Program-made: the position numbers and the translations under genes | Part shown: positions 1 to 8,918 of the stretch, piece after piece | Layout of the letters: every line of letters begins with the position of its first letter | Position numbering within the stretch: the stretch's first letter is position 1 | Notes under the pieces: model-generated | The model's database searches: none | The model's input: only the letters and a program-made list of their open reading frames with translations | Told to the model about the DNA's origin: nothing | Assembly: GCA_043826435.1 (NCBI GenBank) | Contig: JBDRQF010000031.1 | Location: forward strand, 1-23,373 | Length of the DNA stretch: 23,373 bases | DNA from: Elusimicrobiota bacterium | GTDB taxonomy: Bacteria > Elusimicrobiota > Endomicrobiia > CG1-02-37-114 > JAHJSO01 | Direction of reading: 5' to 3'

Positions 1-2
1 AC

Positions 3-3000
3 TGGTTCAGGGTGAAGGCGAGGAATGGGCTTAATGTAGAGACGGTGTGGACCAATCTGGGTTCAACAATAACCGTAACCGGCGTTCCTGCACAGCCGAC
101 CGGATTTGACGGTGTTGGTGTTAGCGCAACGTCCATAAACTGGTCCTGGACGGACAATGCGATCAACGAAAACGGCTATCGTGTTAAAAACAACACAAAC
201 GGCGTTGTGGCTGAACTGCCTGCAGACACGACCTACTGGATAGAGACAGGTCTGTTGGTTAATACGCAGTACAGCCGGTATGTTGAGGCGTTCAATGGCG
301 CAGGCACAAGTTCGTCAACGGTTTCATCCCGCTATACACTTGCCGAAGTGCCCGTTGCAGATGCTTTCAGCGGAGTAACCGAGACAGCAATAAGAGCGAA
401 CTGGACGGCAAACGGCAATCCTGCAGGGACTGATTATGAGGTAGAGAAGTCAACTTGGAACGGTTTCAGTGGTGCGATAGTGTCATCTGCAACGAATAAT
501 ACTTATGCTGACTTCAGCGGGTTGAGCGCCAACACGACACACTACTTCCAGGTGAAAGCGATAAATGAGGATGCTGTATCAACTAACTGGGCATCATTAG
601 GCAGCACACATACTTTGGCGAGTGTTCCTGGAGCAATAACCTTTGGGACGGTGAGTGAGAGCAGCGTAGAGGTTAGTTGGGCGGACACCAACCCGGCAGG
701 TACAAAGTATTATTTGGAGGCAAGCACAATAACAAACGGCAGTTACGGTGAGATATACAGCGGTAATTATGTGGCTAGTTACACGCACAGTACACTGGCA
801 GTCAACACAACATACTACTACAGGGTAAGAGCGCAGAACTTCAGTGGTGTGCTGTCAGGGTACAACAGTGAAAGGAGCACACACACACTTGCCAATCCAC
901 CGACGGGGAGTTATGTTTCTGCGGTGTCATCGTCCAGTATAACGGTTAATTGGGGTGCAAACTCCAACCCATCTTACACCCGCTGGGGCATCCTAAGGTC
1001 AACAGATAACTTTACAACAAGCACAAATACGCTGACAAACTTTGGTTCAAACTACACAAACACAAGTTACACTGACAGCGGATTAACAGTCGTCACAACC
1101 TATTACTACAAGGTTCAGACATTCAATGAAGGCGGAATAGCCACTGCGTTTGACACAACAGTTTCAACAGTGACCCTACCGCCATCTGACACCACACCGC
1201 CAGGGCAGATAACAGGGTTAGAAGCGTATCAAAGTGGATTTGCCAATACTGTGATGCTATACTGGATTACGCCCGGTGATGATGGATATACTGGTGTGCT
1301 TCCGACAGGAAGCGAATACAGGATTCAGTACTCAACTCAAGACCCGGCGAGTGTGGTTTGGTCAACTGCTTCTGCACAGGTTGTGTTTTCAACAAGCGGT
1401 GTAGCACCTGGGCTGAAGGTTGGGAGTACTGTGCAACTTACACTCAACGAAATTTATTACTTACGCATCTGGGCAAAGGATGAGGCAGGGAATTGGTCTG
1501 CGCAGTCAACAACTGCGGCCGCATTCAATTCACCTTACGACCTGAGTGTGCTGGATTCTGCTGGGGATGTGGGTGAGTGCTCCTCCATGGCGATAGATGG
1601 TTCAGGCAATCCCCATATCTCTTACTATGATAGCACAAACACTGACCTCAAATATGCGAGGTGGAATGGGAGTTCCTGGAGCAATGAGACAGTGGATTCT
1701 GAGGTAAGTGTGGGTTCGCACACCTCCATAGCGCTGGATGGTTCAGGCAATGCCCATATCTCTTATTATGATTGCACAAACACTGACCTCAAATATGCGA
1801 GGTGGAATGGCGTCTCCTGGAGCACTCAGACACTTGACTCTGCTGGAAATGTGGGTTACTACACCTCCATAGCGATAGATGGTTCAGGCAATGCCCATAT
1901 ATCTTATTCGGGTGGCTCAAACCTCAAATATGCGAGGTGGAATGGGAGTTCCTGGAGCAATGAGACAGTGGATTCTGCTGGAGATGTGGGTTACTGGACT
2001 TCTATAGCGATAGATGGTTCAGGCAATGCCCATATATCTTATTTGGATGGCACAAACTATGACCTCAAATGTGCGAGGTGGAATGGCGTCTCCTGGAATA
2101 TCCAGACAGTGGATTCTGCTGGGGATGTGGGTTGGTACACCTCCATAGCGATGGATGGTTCAGGCAATGCCCATATATCTTATAGGGATGGCTCAAACCT
2201 CAAATATGCGAGGTGGAATGGCGTCTCATGGAGCACACAGACAGTGGATTCTGCTGGAAATGTGGTTTGGTACACCTCCATAGCGCTGGACGGTTCAGGC
2301 AATCCCCATATTTCTTACAGTGATGACACAAACGGTGACCTCAAATATGCCAAATGGGACGGGGCTGGTTTTCCTGCACCAATGGGTGGTAACGCTCGGG
2401 GCAAAGTTCAGGCACCAACAAACTTCAGTGGGATAAATCCCACCGCTACACAAATCACCTGGCAGTGGACAGACAATGCATCAAACGAAGTCGGATTCAG
2501 AATTTATTCAGCAACGCCAACAGTCGGTTCATACATCTTACTTGCTGATACAAACACAATTGGTGTAGTCGGAGGAACGGGTGGCACAGGCAACTGGACA
2601 CAGACAGGACTAACTCCTAATACAAGTTATCATAACTATGTGGCCGCAGTAAATGACGGCGGAGTTGTAACCTCATCATCCGCAATCAAATTCACCCTTG
2701 CCAACCCCCCGACGGGGAGTTATGTTTCTGCGGTGTCATCGTCCAGTATAACGGTGAATTGGGGTGCAAACTCCAACCCATCTTACACACGGTGGGGCAT
2801 CCTAAGGTCAACAGATAATTTTGCAACCAGCACAAATACGCTGACAAACTTTGGTTCTAATTATACGAATACATCTTATACAGATACCGCACTACCGAGC
2901 GCGACTACATATTATTACAAGGTTAATGCGTTCAATGAAGATGGGATTGCTTCGGTCTATGACCTCGCAATGACAACGGTGACACTGGACGCTCCTTCAG

Positions 3001-6000
3001 CGCCTACTACGCCGACAGGGTTTTATGGTGTTGCCCTATCATCTGTTTCAATCAAATGGGAGTGGGATATAACTGCAAACGCTACATATTATCAGGTCTA
3101 TCGCGATGGAGACAATCTGCTAATGGCGAACCTTGAAAGCAACGGAACAACCACCTGGATAGAAGTTTCTCTTTCATCAAACACACAATATAGCAGGTAT
3201 GTCCGTGCTGGAAATGAAAACGGGCTTTCAGGTCCTTCAACCACAGAATCAAGATACACACTTGCATATCCGCCAGAGACACTTAATGCAGTGCCGGTGA
3301 GTTCATCAACAATAAACTTATCCTGGGATTACAGTGGTGCAACAAAATATGAGGTCTGGTTCTCTACGGTTGATTCGCAGTCAGACGAATACTGGTATTT
3401 TTCATCAACAGTTACATCACCGACACTTACATATGAACACTCAGGACTAAAAGCAGGTGTGACATATTGGTACTGGATAGGTGCGGTTAATGCCGATAAC
3501 ATTCTTAACGATGATTATGATTTCCCTGTTGGCTCAACAAGAACCTGGCCATCGCCAGTAGTGTATTTCTCAACCTATAGTGTCAATGTAACCTCAATAA
3601 CATGGGAGTGGACAAAAGCAGAGGGTTCAGATGGTTACCGGCTGAAAAATGAAACAGGCGGAGTGATTGCCAATATATTAGCAAGTACAACATATTATGA
3701 TGAAGTCGGTCTAACTGCGGATACATCATATTACCGCTATGTTGAAGCGTTCAATACAACTGGCGTGTCAAGTTCACCTGCCAAGGCAAGATTTACTCTC
3801 GCCCCTCCGCCGATAAACACGACAATTGTTAGTGTGACTTCAACCACTATAACACTGACATGGGGTGCAAATGGCAATCCGCGCGGCGACTATCAGGTGA
3901 ACTATTCTACAAATTCTGATTTCAGTCCGGTGTCAACAACTGCTGGTCCACCACTTGGAACCAGCACTTTTACTGCAAGCGGTTTAATTTCTGATGCGAC
4001 ATATTATTTAAGGGTTCAGGCGATGAATGGCGATGCAATATTAACCGCCTGGGACACAACTGTTTCAACCCTGACGTCCCCCACCACTGACACTACGCCA
4101 CCTGCTGATGTAGGTAGTTTTGATGCAGTGAGTCAGGCAGTTGGCAATGCCATTGACTTGAGTTGGACTAACCCTGCTGATACTGATTATACTGGCGTGC
4201 TGGTAAGGTATAACACGACATCAGCGCCGGCAAACATAACTGACGGCATATTTCTGACAACAGCCCCTGTGGCGCAGACATCATATTCGCACACAGGACT
4301 TACAAATGGCACAACATACTACTACACCGCATTCGCTTATGATGAGGTGCCCAACTATGCCGCTGGTGTATCAACGAGCACATATCCAAAGGACAGCACA
4401 ACACCTGCGCAGCCGACAGGTTTTAACGGCGTCGCCCAGTCGCCCACTTCAATCAACTGGACATGGACGGACAATGCGGGCAATGAAGATGGCTATCGTC
4501 TTAAAAACGACACAAACGGCGTGGTTGTCACACTCGGAGCGGGGGCTACCGAATACACGGAAGCAGGCCTGTCAATAAATACATCTTATTACAGATATGT
4601 TGAGGCATATAATGCCGCTGGCACCTCTTCATCAACCGCGATTGTAAAATACACACTTGCAAATCCTCCCGCGGGGACATCTGTACTTTCTGTATCAACC
4701 GGTTCCGTCTCAATCCAGTGGTCATCTAATTCAAATCCGTCGGGCACGAAGTGGGGCGTCTTGCGTTCAGCAGACAATTTTGTCACAAGTACAACTACAC
4801 TGACTGATTTTACTTCTAATTATACTTCGCTCGGATATAATGACACAGGACTTTCAGCCGGCACAACCTACTACTACAAGGTTCAGGCGTTTAATGAAGA
4901 TGGGATTGCTTCGGTCTATGACCTCGCAATGACAACCAAGACCCTTTCAGTCGTGGATGGGACAGCGCCTGCGGAAGTAACCAATCTTTCAGCACTTACG
5001 GGAGCAGCGGAGGGCAGCATAAATCTTACATGGACATCCCCTGGTGACGATGCCATGGTTGGCAACCTGCCTTCAGGCAGTCAGTACAAAATTCAATATT
5101 CCACATGGACAGGCGTAACCTGGTCATATAATTCAGCCCAGGTAACAATTTCAACAAGTAATGTAGCACCTGGAGCAAACCAGGTATGGATAGTAGGCGG
5201 ATTGACAAGCGGGGCCACCTATTATTTTCGTCTTTGGACAGCAGATGAAGTTCCGAACTGGTCGGCAATTTCAAACAGTGCAACTTCTTGTGCGTTTGAT
5301 TTAGCGCCCTCTACACCAACAGGAGTGACAGTAAAAGCCACAGCCAAGAGCGGAGAACTTTTCCTGTCATGGTCGGCGAACGCGGAGATTGACTTGAAGG
5401 AATACAAGGTGTACAGAAACAGGCCTGAGTTGTTCAGCGGCGATATATCATCAAAATCAGTAGTAAAAACACTTGACAAATCACAGACCAACTGGACGGA
5501 TAATACAGGACTACCAAATGGTGTCACCCATTATTATCAAATAACAGCGGTTGACAATACAGGAAATGAGAGCGCCGGGTCAAATGAAGTGTCCGCTTAT
5601 CCTTATGATGAAAAGAAGGCAGGCGCTGATGAAATCAGGGGAAGCGTTTTCAAGAAAGACGGGACCACTCCGCTTGCTGCTATGCTTTGTGAAGCAGTCC
5701 TGAAGAATGCGGATGGTTCAGAGACAGTTGTCAAGAGCGTTTATACTTATACTGACGGCCAGTATATGTTTAAAGGTCTTTCACACAATACAACCTATGT
5801 TATCCGTGTATCCTGGGCAGAGGCGGACAGGGTTTCAAGTGTGTGGAGCGAGGTGTTCACAGGCACGGCAAAGGTTGACTTCACGCTTGAAATTAGTTAT
5901 CAGTTGGGGACGCTTACGGGTTCCATGTCCGGCTACAGGCATTCAAGCATGGCGATAGCCGCTTATGGTTCTATGGACTTCAAAGACCCGAAGGTCCGCA

Positions 6001-6569
6001 TGGCAGCGCTTGTGCAGGACAGCGGCATCGGTTTTGTTGAAATTTACAACGTCCTGCTTGGCAACGATGCAGTCCTGCGTGTGCCTGTTGACTCGTCGGG
6101 CGGGTATGAGATTAAGAACCTACTGCCCGGAAAATACGTCGTCAAGGGATACAACGGGGCGATTTACAGTGCAAGCCAGGTGGTTGACATTGCAGAGGGA
6201 CAGTTGTTGTCTGTACTATTAACTTTCTCAGGATTGCTTGAGGAAACGGTTATAGCATATCCGAACCCTGCGAAGTCGCCGTCTGCGCCGGTATGGGCAA
6301 GGATTCAGTTCAGGACGGGTCATACAAACATAGAAAACTCAATAAAGATATACAACATAGCGGGTGAGTTAGTTAAGCAGGCAGGGAATACAGATATTGG
6401 CGGGACTGTTTCAGGCAAGCCGTCTTACACTTATGAGTTCGTCTGGAAGTGTGACAACGATGCCGGCAGCAGGATAGCCAGCGGGGTATATCTGTACGTT
6501 CTTGAAGTGAAGGACAGGTCGTCGGGCGATGTGAAGAGGGTAGTTAAAAAATTGGCAGTAATCTGGTGA
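3..6569 (+). CDS. Giant surface/secreted protein, 5'-partial: multiple fibronectin type III modules, six-repeat beta-propeller, carboxypeptidase-regulatory-like Ig domains, C-terminal T9SS type-A-like/FlgD-Ig sorting domain
   Basis: The frame is open from base 3 (WFRVKARNG, the end of an FN3 strand), so the true start lies upstream of the window. Repeated FN3 signatures (SITVNW...GL..NTTYYYRVRA.N); 45-47 aa repeats at 1551-2360; C-terminus AYPNP...IKIYNIAGELVK...W...ASGVYLY...VVKKLAVIW. Confidence 0.85.
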   Translation, partial: WFRVKARNGLNVETVWTNLGSTITVTGVPAQPTGFDGVGVSATSINWSWTDNAINENGYRVKNNTNGVVAELPADTTYWIETGLLVNTQYSRYVEAFNGAGTSSSTVSSRYTLAEVPVADAFSGVTETAIRANWTANGNPAGTDYEVEKSTWNGFSGAIVSSATNNTYADFSGLSANTTHYFQVKAINEDAVSTNWASLGSTHTLASVPGAITFGTVSESSVEVSWADTNPAGTKYYLEASTITNGSYGEIYSGNYVASYTHSTLAVNTTYYYRVRAQNFSGVLSGYNSERSTHTLANPPTGSYVSAVSSSSITVNWGANSNPSYTRWGILRSTDNFTTSTNTLTNFGSNYTNTSYTDSGLTVVTTYYYKVQTFNEGGIATAFDTTVSTVTLPPSDTTPPGQITGLEAYQSGFANTVMLYWITPGDDGYTGVLPTGSEYRIQYSTQDPASVVWSTASAQVVFSTSGVAPGLKVGSTVQLTLNEIYYLRIWAKDEAGNWSAQSTTAAAFNSPYDLSVLDSAGDVGECSSMAIDGSGNPHISYYDSTNTDLKYARWNGSSWSNETVDSEVSVGSHTSIALDGSGNAHISYYDCTNTDLKYARWNGVSWSTQTLDSAGNVGYYTSIAIDGSGNAHISYSGGSNLKYARWNGSSWSNETVDSAGDVGYWTSIAIDGSGNAHISYLDGTNYDLKCARWNGVSWNIQTVDSAGDVGWYTSIAMDGSGNAHISYRDGSNLKYARWNGVSWSTQTVDSAGNVVWYTSIALDGSGNPHISYSDDTNGDLKYAKWDGAGFPAPMGGNARGKVQAPTNFSGINPTATQITWQWTDNASNEVGFRIYSATPTVGSYILLADTNTIGVVGGTGGTGNWTQTGLTPNTSYHNYVAAVNDGGVVTSSSAIKFTLANPPTGSYVSAVSSSSITVNWGANSNPSYTRWGILRSTDNFATSTNTLTNFGSNYTNTSYTDTALPSATTYYYKVNAFNEDGIASVYDLAMTTVTLDAPSAPTTPTGFYGVALSSVSIKWEWDITANATYYQVYRDGDNLLMANLESNGTTTWIEVSLSSNTQYSRYVRAGNENGLSGPSTTESRYTLAYPPETLNAVPVSSSTINLSWDYSGATKYEVWFSTVDSQSDEYWYFSSTVTSPTLTYEHSGLKAGVTYWYWIGAVNADNILNDDYDFPVGSTRTWPSPVVYFSTYSVNVTSITWEWTKAEGSDGYRLKNETGGVIANILASTTYYDEVGLTADTSYYRYVEAFNTTGVSSSPAKARFTLAPPPINTTIVSVTSTTITLTWGANGNPRGDYQVNYSTNSDFSPVSTTAGPPLGTSTFTASGLISDATYYLRVQAMNGDAILTAWDTTVSTLTSPTTDTTPPADVGSFDAVSQAVGNAIDLSWTNPADTDYTGVLVRYNTTSAPANITDGIFLTTAPVAQTSYSHTGLTNGTTYYYTAFAYDEVPNYAAGVSTSTYPKDSTTPAQPTGFNGVAQSPTSINWTWTDNAGNEDGYRLKNDTNGVVVTLGAGATEYTEAGLSINTSYYRYVEAYNAAGTSSSTAIVKYTLANPPAGTSVLSVSTGSVSIQWSSNSNPSGTKWGVLRSADNFVTSTTTLTDFTSNYTSLGYNDTGLSAGTTYYYKVQAFNEDGIASVYDLAMTTKTLSVVDGTAPAEVTNLSALTGAAEGSINLTWTSPGDDAMVGNLPSGSQYKIQYSTWTGVTWSYNSAQVTISTSNVAPGANQVWIVGGLTSGATYYFRLWTADEVPNWSAISNSATSCAFDLAPSTPTGVTVKATAKSGELFLSWSANAEIDLKEYKVYRNRPELFSGDISSKSVVKTLDKSQTNWTDNTGLPNGVTHYYQITAVDNTGNESAGSNEVSAYPYDEKKAGADEIRGSVFKKDGTTPLAAMLCEAVLKNADGSETVVKSVYTYTDGQYMFKGLSHNTTYVIRVSWAEADRVSSVWSEVFTGTAKVDFTLEISYQLGTLTGSMSGYRHSSMAIAAYGSMDFKDPKVRMAALVQDSGIGFVEIYNVLLGNDAVLRVPVDSSGGYEIKNLLPGKYVVKGYNGAIYSASQVVDIAEGQLLSVLLTFSGLLEETVIAYPNPAKSPSAPVWARIQFRTGHTNIENSIKIYNIAGELVKQAGNTDIGGTVSGKPSYTYEFVWKCDNDAGSRIASGVYLYVLEVKDRSSGDVKRVVKKLAVIW
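888..1048 (+). repeat. Intragenic direct repeat copy 1 (FN3 module), partner at 2697-2857
   Basis: 161 bp with 8 mismatches to 2697-2857 by manual alignment; offset 1809 bp (in frame). Confidence 0.9.
1551..2360 (+). repeat. Six tandem 135-141 bp coding repeats (beta-propeller blades, consensus VDSAGDVGxxTSIAIDGSGNxHISYxDxTNxDLKYARWNGxSWS)
   Basis: Units start at 1551, 1692, 1833, 1968, 2109 and 2244 (last one partial); high DNA identity between units. Confidence 0.93.
2697..2857 (+). repeat. Intragenic direct repeat copy 2 (FN3 module)
   Basis: About 95% identical to 888-1048. The tail of the same module (2934-2977) is instead identical over 44 bp to 4893-4936. Confidence 0.9.
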
Positions 6570-8122
6570 TAAGAATGCGAAAGAAAAAAAATAACCTGTT
6601 GAAGTTTTTTGCCGTATTCTTGATGATACCGCTTGCCGGGATGATTTTTGTACAGGTCGCGGTGCAGGAAGCAGTGGCCGGTATAACGGTTACCAGTGTG
6701 AAGACGCTGGATTCAGGTATGAGTCCGAAGTCAGGTTTCTCCAATACGGAGACGATTTCATTCAAGATTGAAAGTTATAACGACACCCCTGTTGACAGGG
6801 TGTCCTTTAAGTTTTACGTGTATGACCCGATGGGTATGCAGGTCTTTTATCACGAGGGGAATTCAATGATGGGTAACATCGGTGCGGGTGGAGCGGAACT
6901 CAGGAATATTCCGATAAGTTTTTATACGACGCCCGGGAATTATACATTTAAGGGCGAGGCGATTGCCGGCAGTTCAGGCGGACAGACCGCATCGGCATCC
7001 ATAAGTTTCGGGGTGTATTCAGCGAACATAACCCTCACATATCCTCCGAACGGAGCGAAGGACATACTTGCCCAGCCGCTTGTATTCAGGTGGGTGGCGA
7101 CAGGTGCGACAAAATACAAGGTGACCGTCGGAGACAATGCCGCTTTTTACAAGGCGCCGTGGACTGAGGACTCGTTCATAACCGAAATCCAGTACCCGTC
7201 AGAACCTCCCGACCCGCTGGCGAAGTTATCAAGCGGAAAGATATACTGGTGGAAGGTTGAAGGGCTTGATGCTGCCGATAAAATCGTGGCAAGGACGCCG
7301 GTGCCGTTCAGTTTCAGCATAAAGGATATTACTATTGTTTCAAATGACCTGGACATCAGCAACATAAAAATCAGCGATGAATCCACGGATGAAATCACAA
7401 AGGTTAATGTGTATATCACGAATCTCGGCAACCAGTCGGTTTCAAACGTGAACGTTGACCTTGTCGTTGTTGGCGGTGCGGCAAACCCGACGCAGACAGC
7501 CGGGCTGGTATCACCCCAGAAGACGACGATAATAACTTTTGACGCTGGTCCACTTTCGGGTGAAACGGTTACCGTGAGTGCGACTGTAAACGTCCTTGAC
7601 GACAACCCTAAGAATAATTCCATTACAAAGACCATGAAACTTGTTAAGAGAAATGGTAAAATACTCGGCGGGGTTACAAACAAAGACACAGGTAAGCCGG
7701 TCGGCTGGGCGGTGGTTGAATACGAGGGACCTGTTATCGGTAGCGTGAAAACGAACAGCGGCGGCCAGTATAAGATTGAAAACCTGCCTGTCGGTGAATA
7801 CGTTTTAATCGCCAAAAAACAGGGTTATAAAACGTCCGAAAAAATCAAGGTTAAACTTGATGAGAAGAAGGCGGAGGCAAACGTTGATTTTAAACTTGTC
7901 CCGACGGGCGAAGCGGAAGCAGTGATTGATGAACCCGGTATGGACGAACTGTGGACTGCCTTAAAGGATATAATAACGGACAAGGGTGTTATTGCCGAAC
8001 TCAAAGATTTCAAAATATATCAGGTTGAGATGGAACCGTCGGGGAGTTTGGGGCTTGTCCTGAAGAAACTGAAAGATGGGAATGCCGCCATCTCTGAAAT
8101 TAAATTGGAAGCCGGGGAATAA
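6566..8122 (+). CDS. Secreted multi-Ig protein (CARDB-like and carboxypeptidase-regulatory-like domains)
   Basis: Basic plus hydrophobic signal peptide ending AVA; CARDB-like motif (NDLDI...TNLGN...DDNPKNN); GKILGGVT...TNSGGQYKIENLPVGEY...AKKQGY. GTG overlaps the upstream TGA; alternative ATG at 6575. Confidence 0.75.
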   Translation: MIRMRKKKNNLLKFFAVFLMIPLAGMIFVQVAVQEAVAGITVTSVKTLDSGMSPKSGFSNTETISFKIESYNDTPVDRVSFKFYVYDPMGMQVFYHEGNSMMGNIGAGGAELRNIPISFYTTPGNYTFKGEAIAGSSGGQTASASISFGVYSANITLTYPPNGAKDILAQPLVFRWVATGATKYKVTVGDNAAFYKAPWTEDSFITEIQYPSEPPDPLAKLSSGKIYWWKVEGLDAADKIVARTPVPFSFSIKDITIVSNDLDISNIKISDESTDEITKVNVYITNLGNQSVSNVNVDLVVVGGAANPTQTAGLVSPQKTTIITFDAGPLSGETVTVSATVNVLDDNPKNNSITKTMKLVKRNGKILGGVTNKDTGKPVGWAVVEYEGPVIGSVKTNSGGQYKIENLPVGEYVLIAKKQGYKTSEKIKVKLDEKKAEANVDFKLVPTGEAEAVIDEPGMDELWTALKDIITDKGVIAELKDFKIYQVEMEPSGSLGLVLKKLKDGNAAISEIKLEAGE

Positions 8123-8126
8123 TTAT

Positions 8127-8918
8127 ATGAAGAGACCCTTGAAAAAGTCCTGTAAGATGTCATTGCGAGGCGAAGCAGAAGCAATCCCCTTGTCCAGGAC
8201 ATTGATTAGATGCGGGGTAATTATAGTTGCGGTAGGAATTTTTATATCCGCCATTAGTCCTTTATTGCTTGATGCACGGTCAAAGTCAGGGACTAACAAG
8301 GTGGCTGCAGTAGTTACATTTGTGTCGGGCAGACTTGATGTCCAACGTTCAGGTAGGACTGCCTGGAAGTCGTGCAAACCCGGGAGTTTCATTTACGAGG
8401 GAGACAAATTGAGGACGGCAAGAAGGTCAAGGGCGGCGCTGGTGTTTTCAAACGGCGGCGAAATGAAAATCAGCGAAAATACGATATTTGACGTTGACGT
8501 TGCCGAAGCCACCGAGAAGGAATTGAGGGGCGGGATACGGTTGCGTCGAGGCAGGACTTACAACAAGAGCGTAGGCCTGAGGGCCAAGATAGTTGTCCGC
8601 ACACCTGTTGCCGTAGTATCCGTCCGTGGCACTGAATACGACACCTCTGTTGATGAAAACGGCGACACATCGGTGATTGTTGTTGACGGCTCCGTTATAG
8701 TTGAAAATGAGTTCGGTAAGGTTGTGGTGAATGCAAACCAGAAGACGGACGTATCAGGAGGCAAGGCGCCCGAGCCGGCACAGGATATGTCGGCAGCGGA
8801 TATGGATGAGAGCACGAAGTGGCAGAAGGACATAAAAATAGAAAAGAAGAACCTCCGTCTTAAAATCAAGACAGACACAGGGGAGGAGAGGACACTGAAA
8901 TTAAGGTTCAGCAAGTGA
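8127..8918 (+). CDS. FecR-domain periplasmic protein
   Basis: ATG 4 nt after the upstream stop; N-terminal hydrophobic segment; FecR motifs GDKLRT...RAALVFSNGG and VRTPVAVVSVRGTEY...VIVVDGSV. Confidence 0.85.
   Translation: MKRPLKKSCKMSLRGEAEAIPLSRTLIRCGVIIVAVGIFISAISPLLLDARSKSGTNKVAAVVTFVSGRLDVQRSGRTAWKSCKPGSFIYEGDKLRTARRSRAALVFSNGGEMKISENTIFDVDVAEATEKELRGGIRLRRGRTYNKSVGLRAKIVVRTPVAVVSVRGTEYDTSVDENGDTSVIVVDGSVIVENEFGKVVVNANQKTDVSGGKAPEPAQDMSAADMDESTKWQKDIKIEKKNLRLKIKTDTGEERTLKLRFSK
8158..8186 (+). repeat. Half copy (left arm) of the TGTCATTGCGAG...GCAATC palindromic element, in frame within the FecR gene 5' end
   Basis: TGTCATTGCGAG-N11-GCAATC matches the left arm at 10932-10966; translates as MSLRGEAEAI. 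Confidence 0.7.

Noticed and set aside
1551..2360. Complete diversity-generating retroelement
   Set aside because: No reverse transcriptase, accessory gene or non-coding template repeat in the window; all copies are in-frame protein repeats. Kept only as a hypothesis to test.
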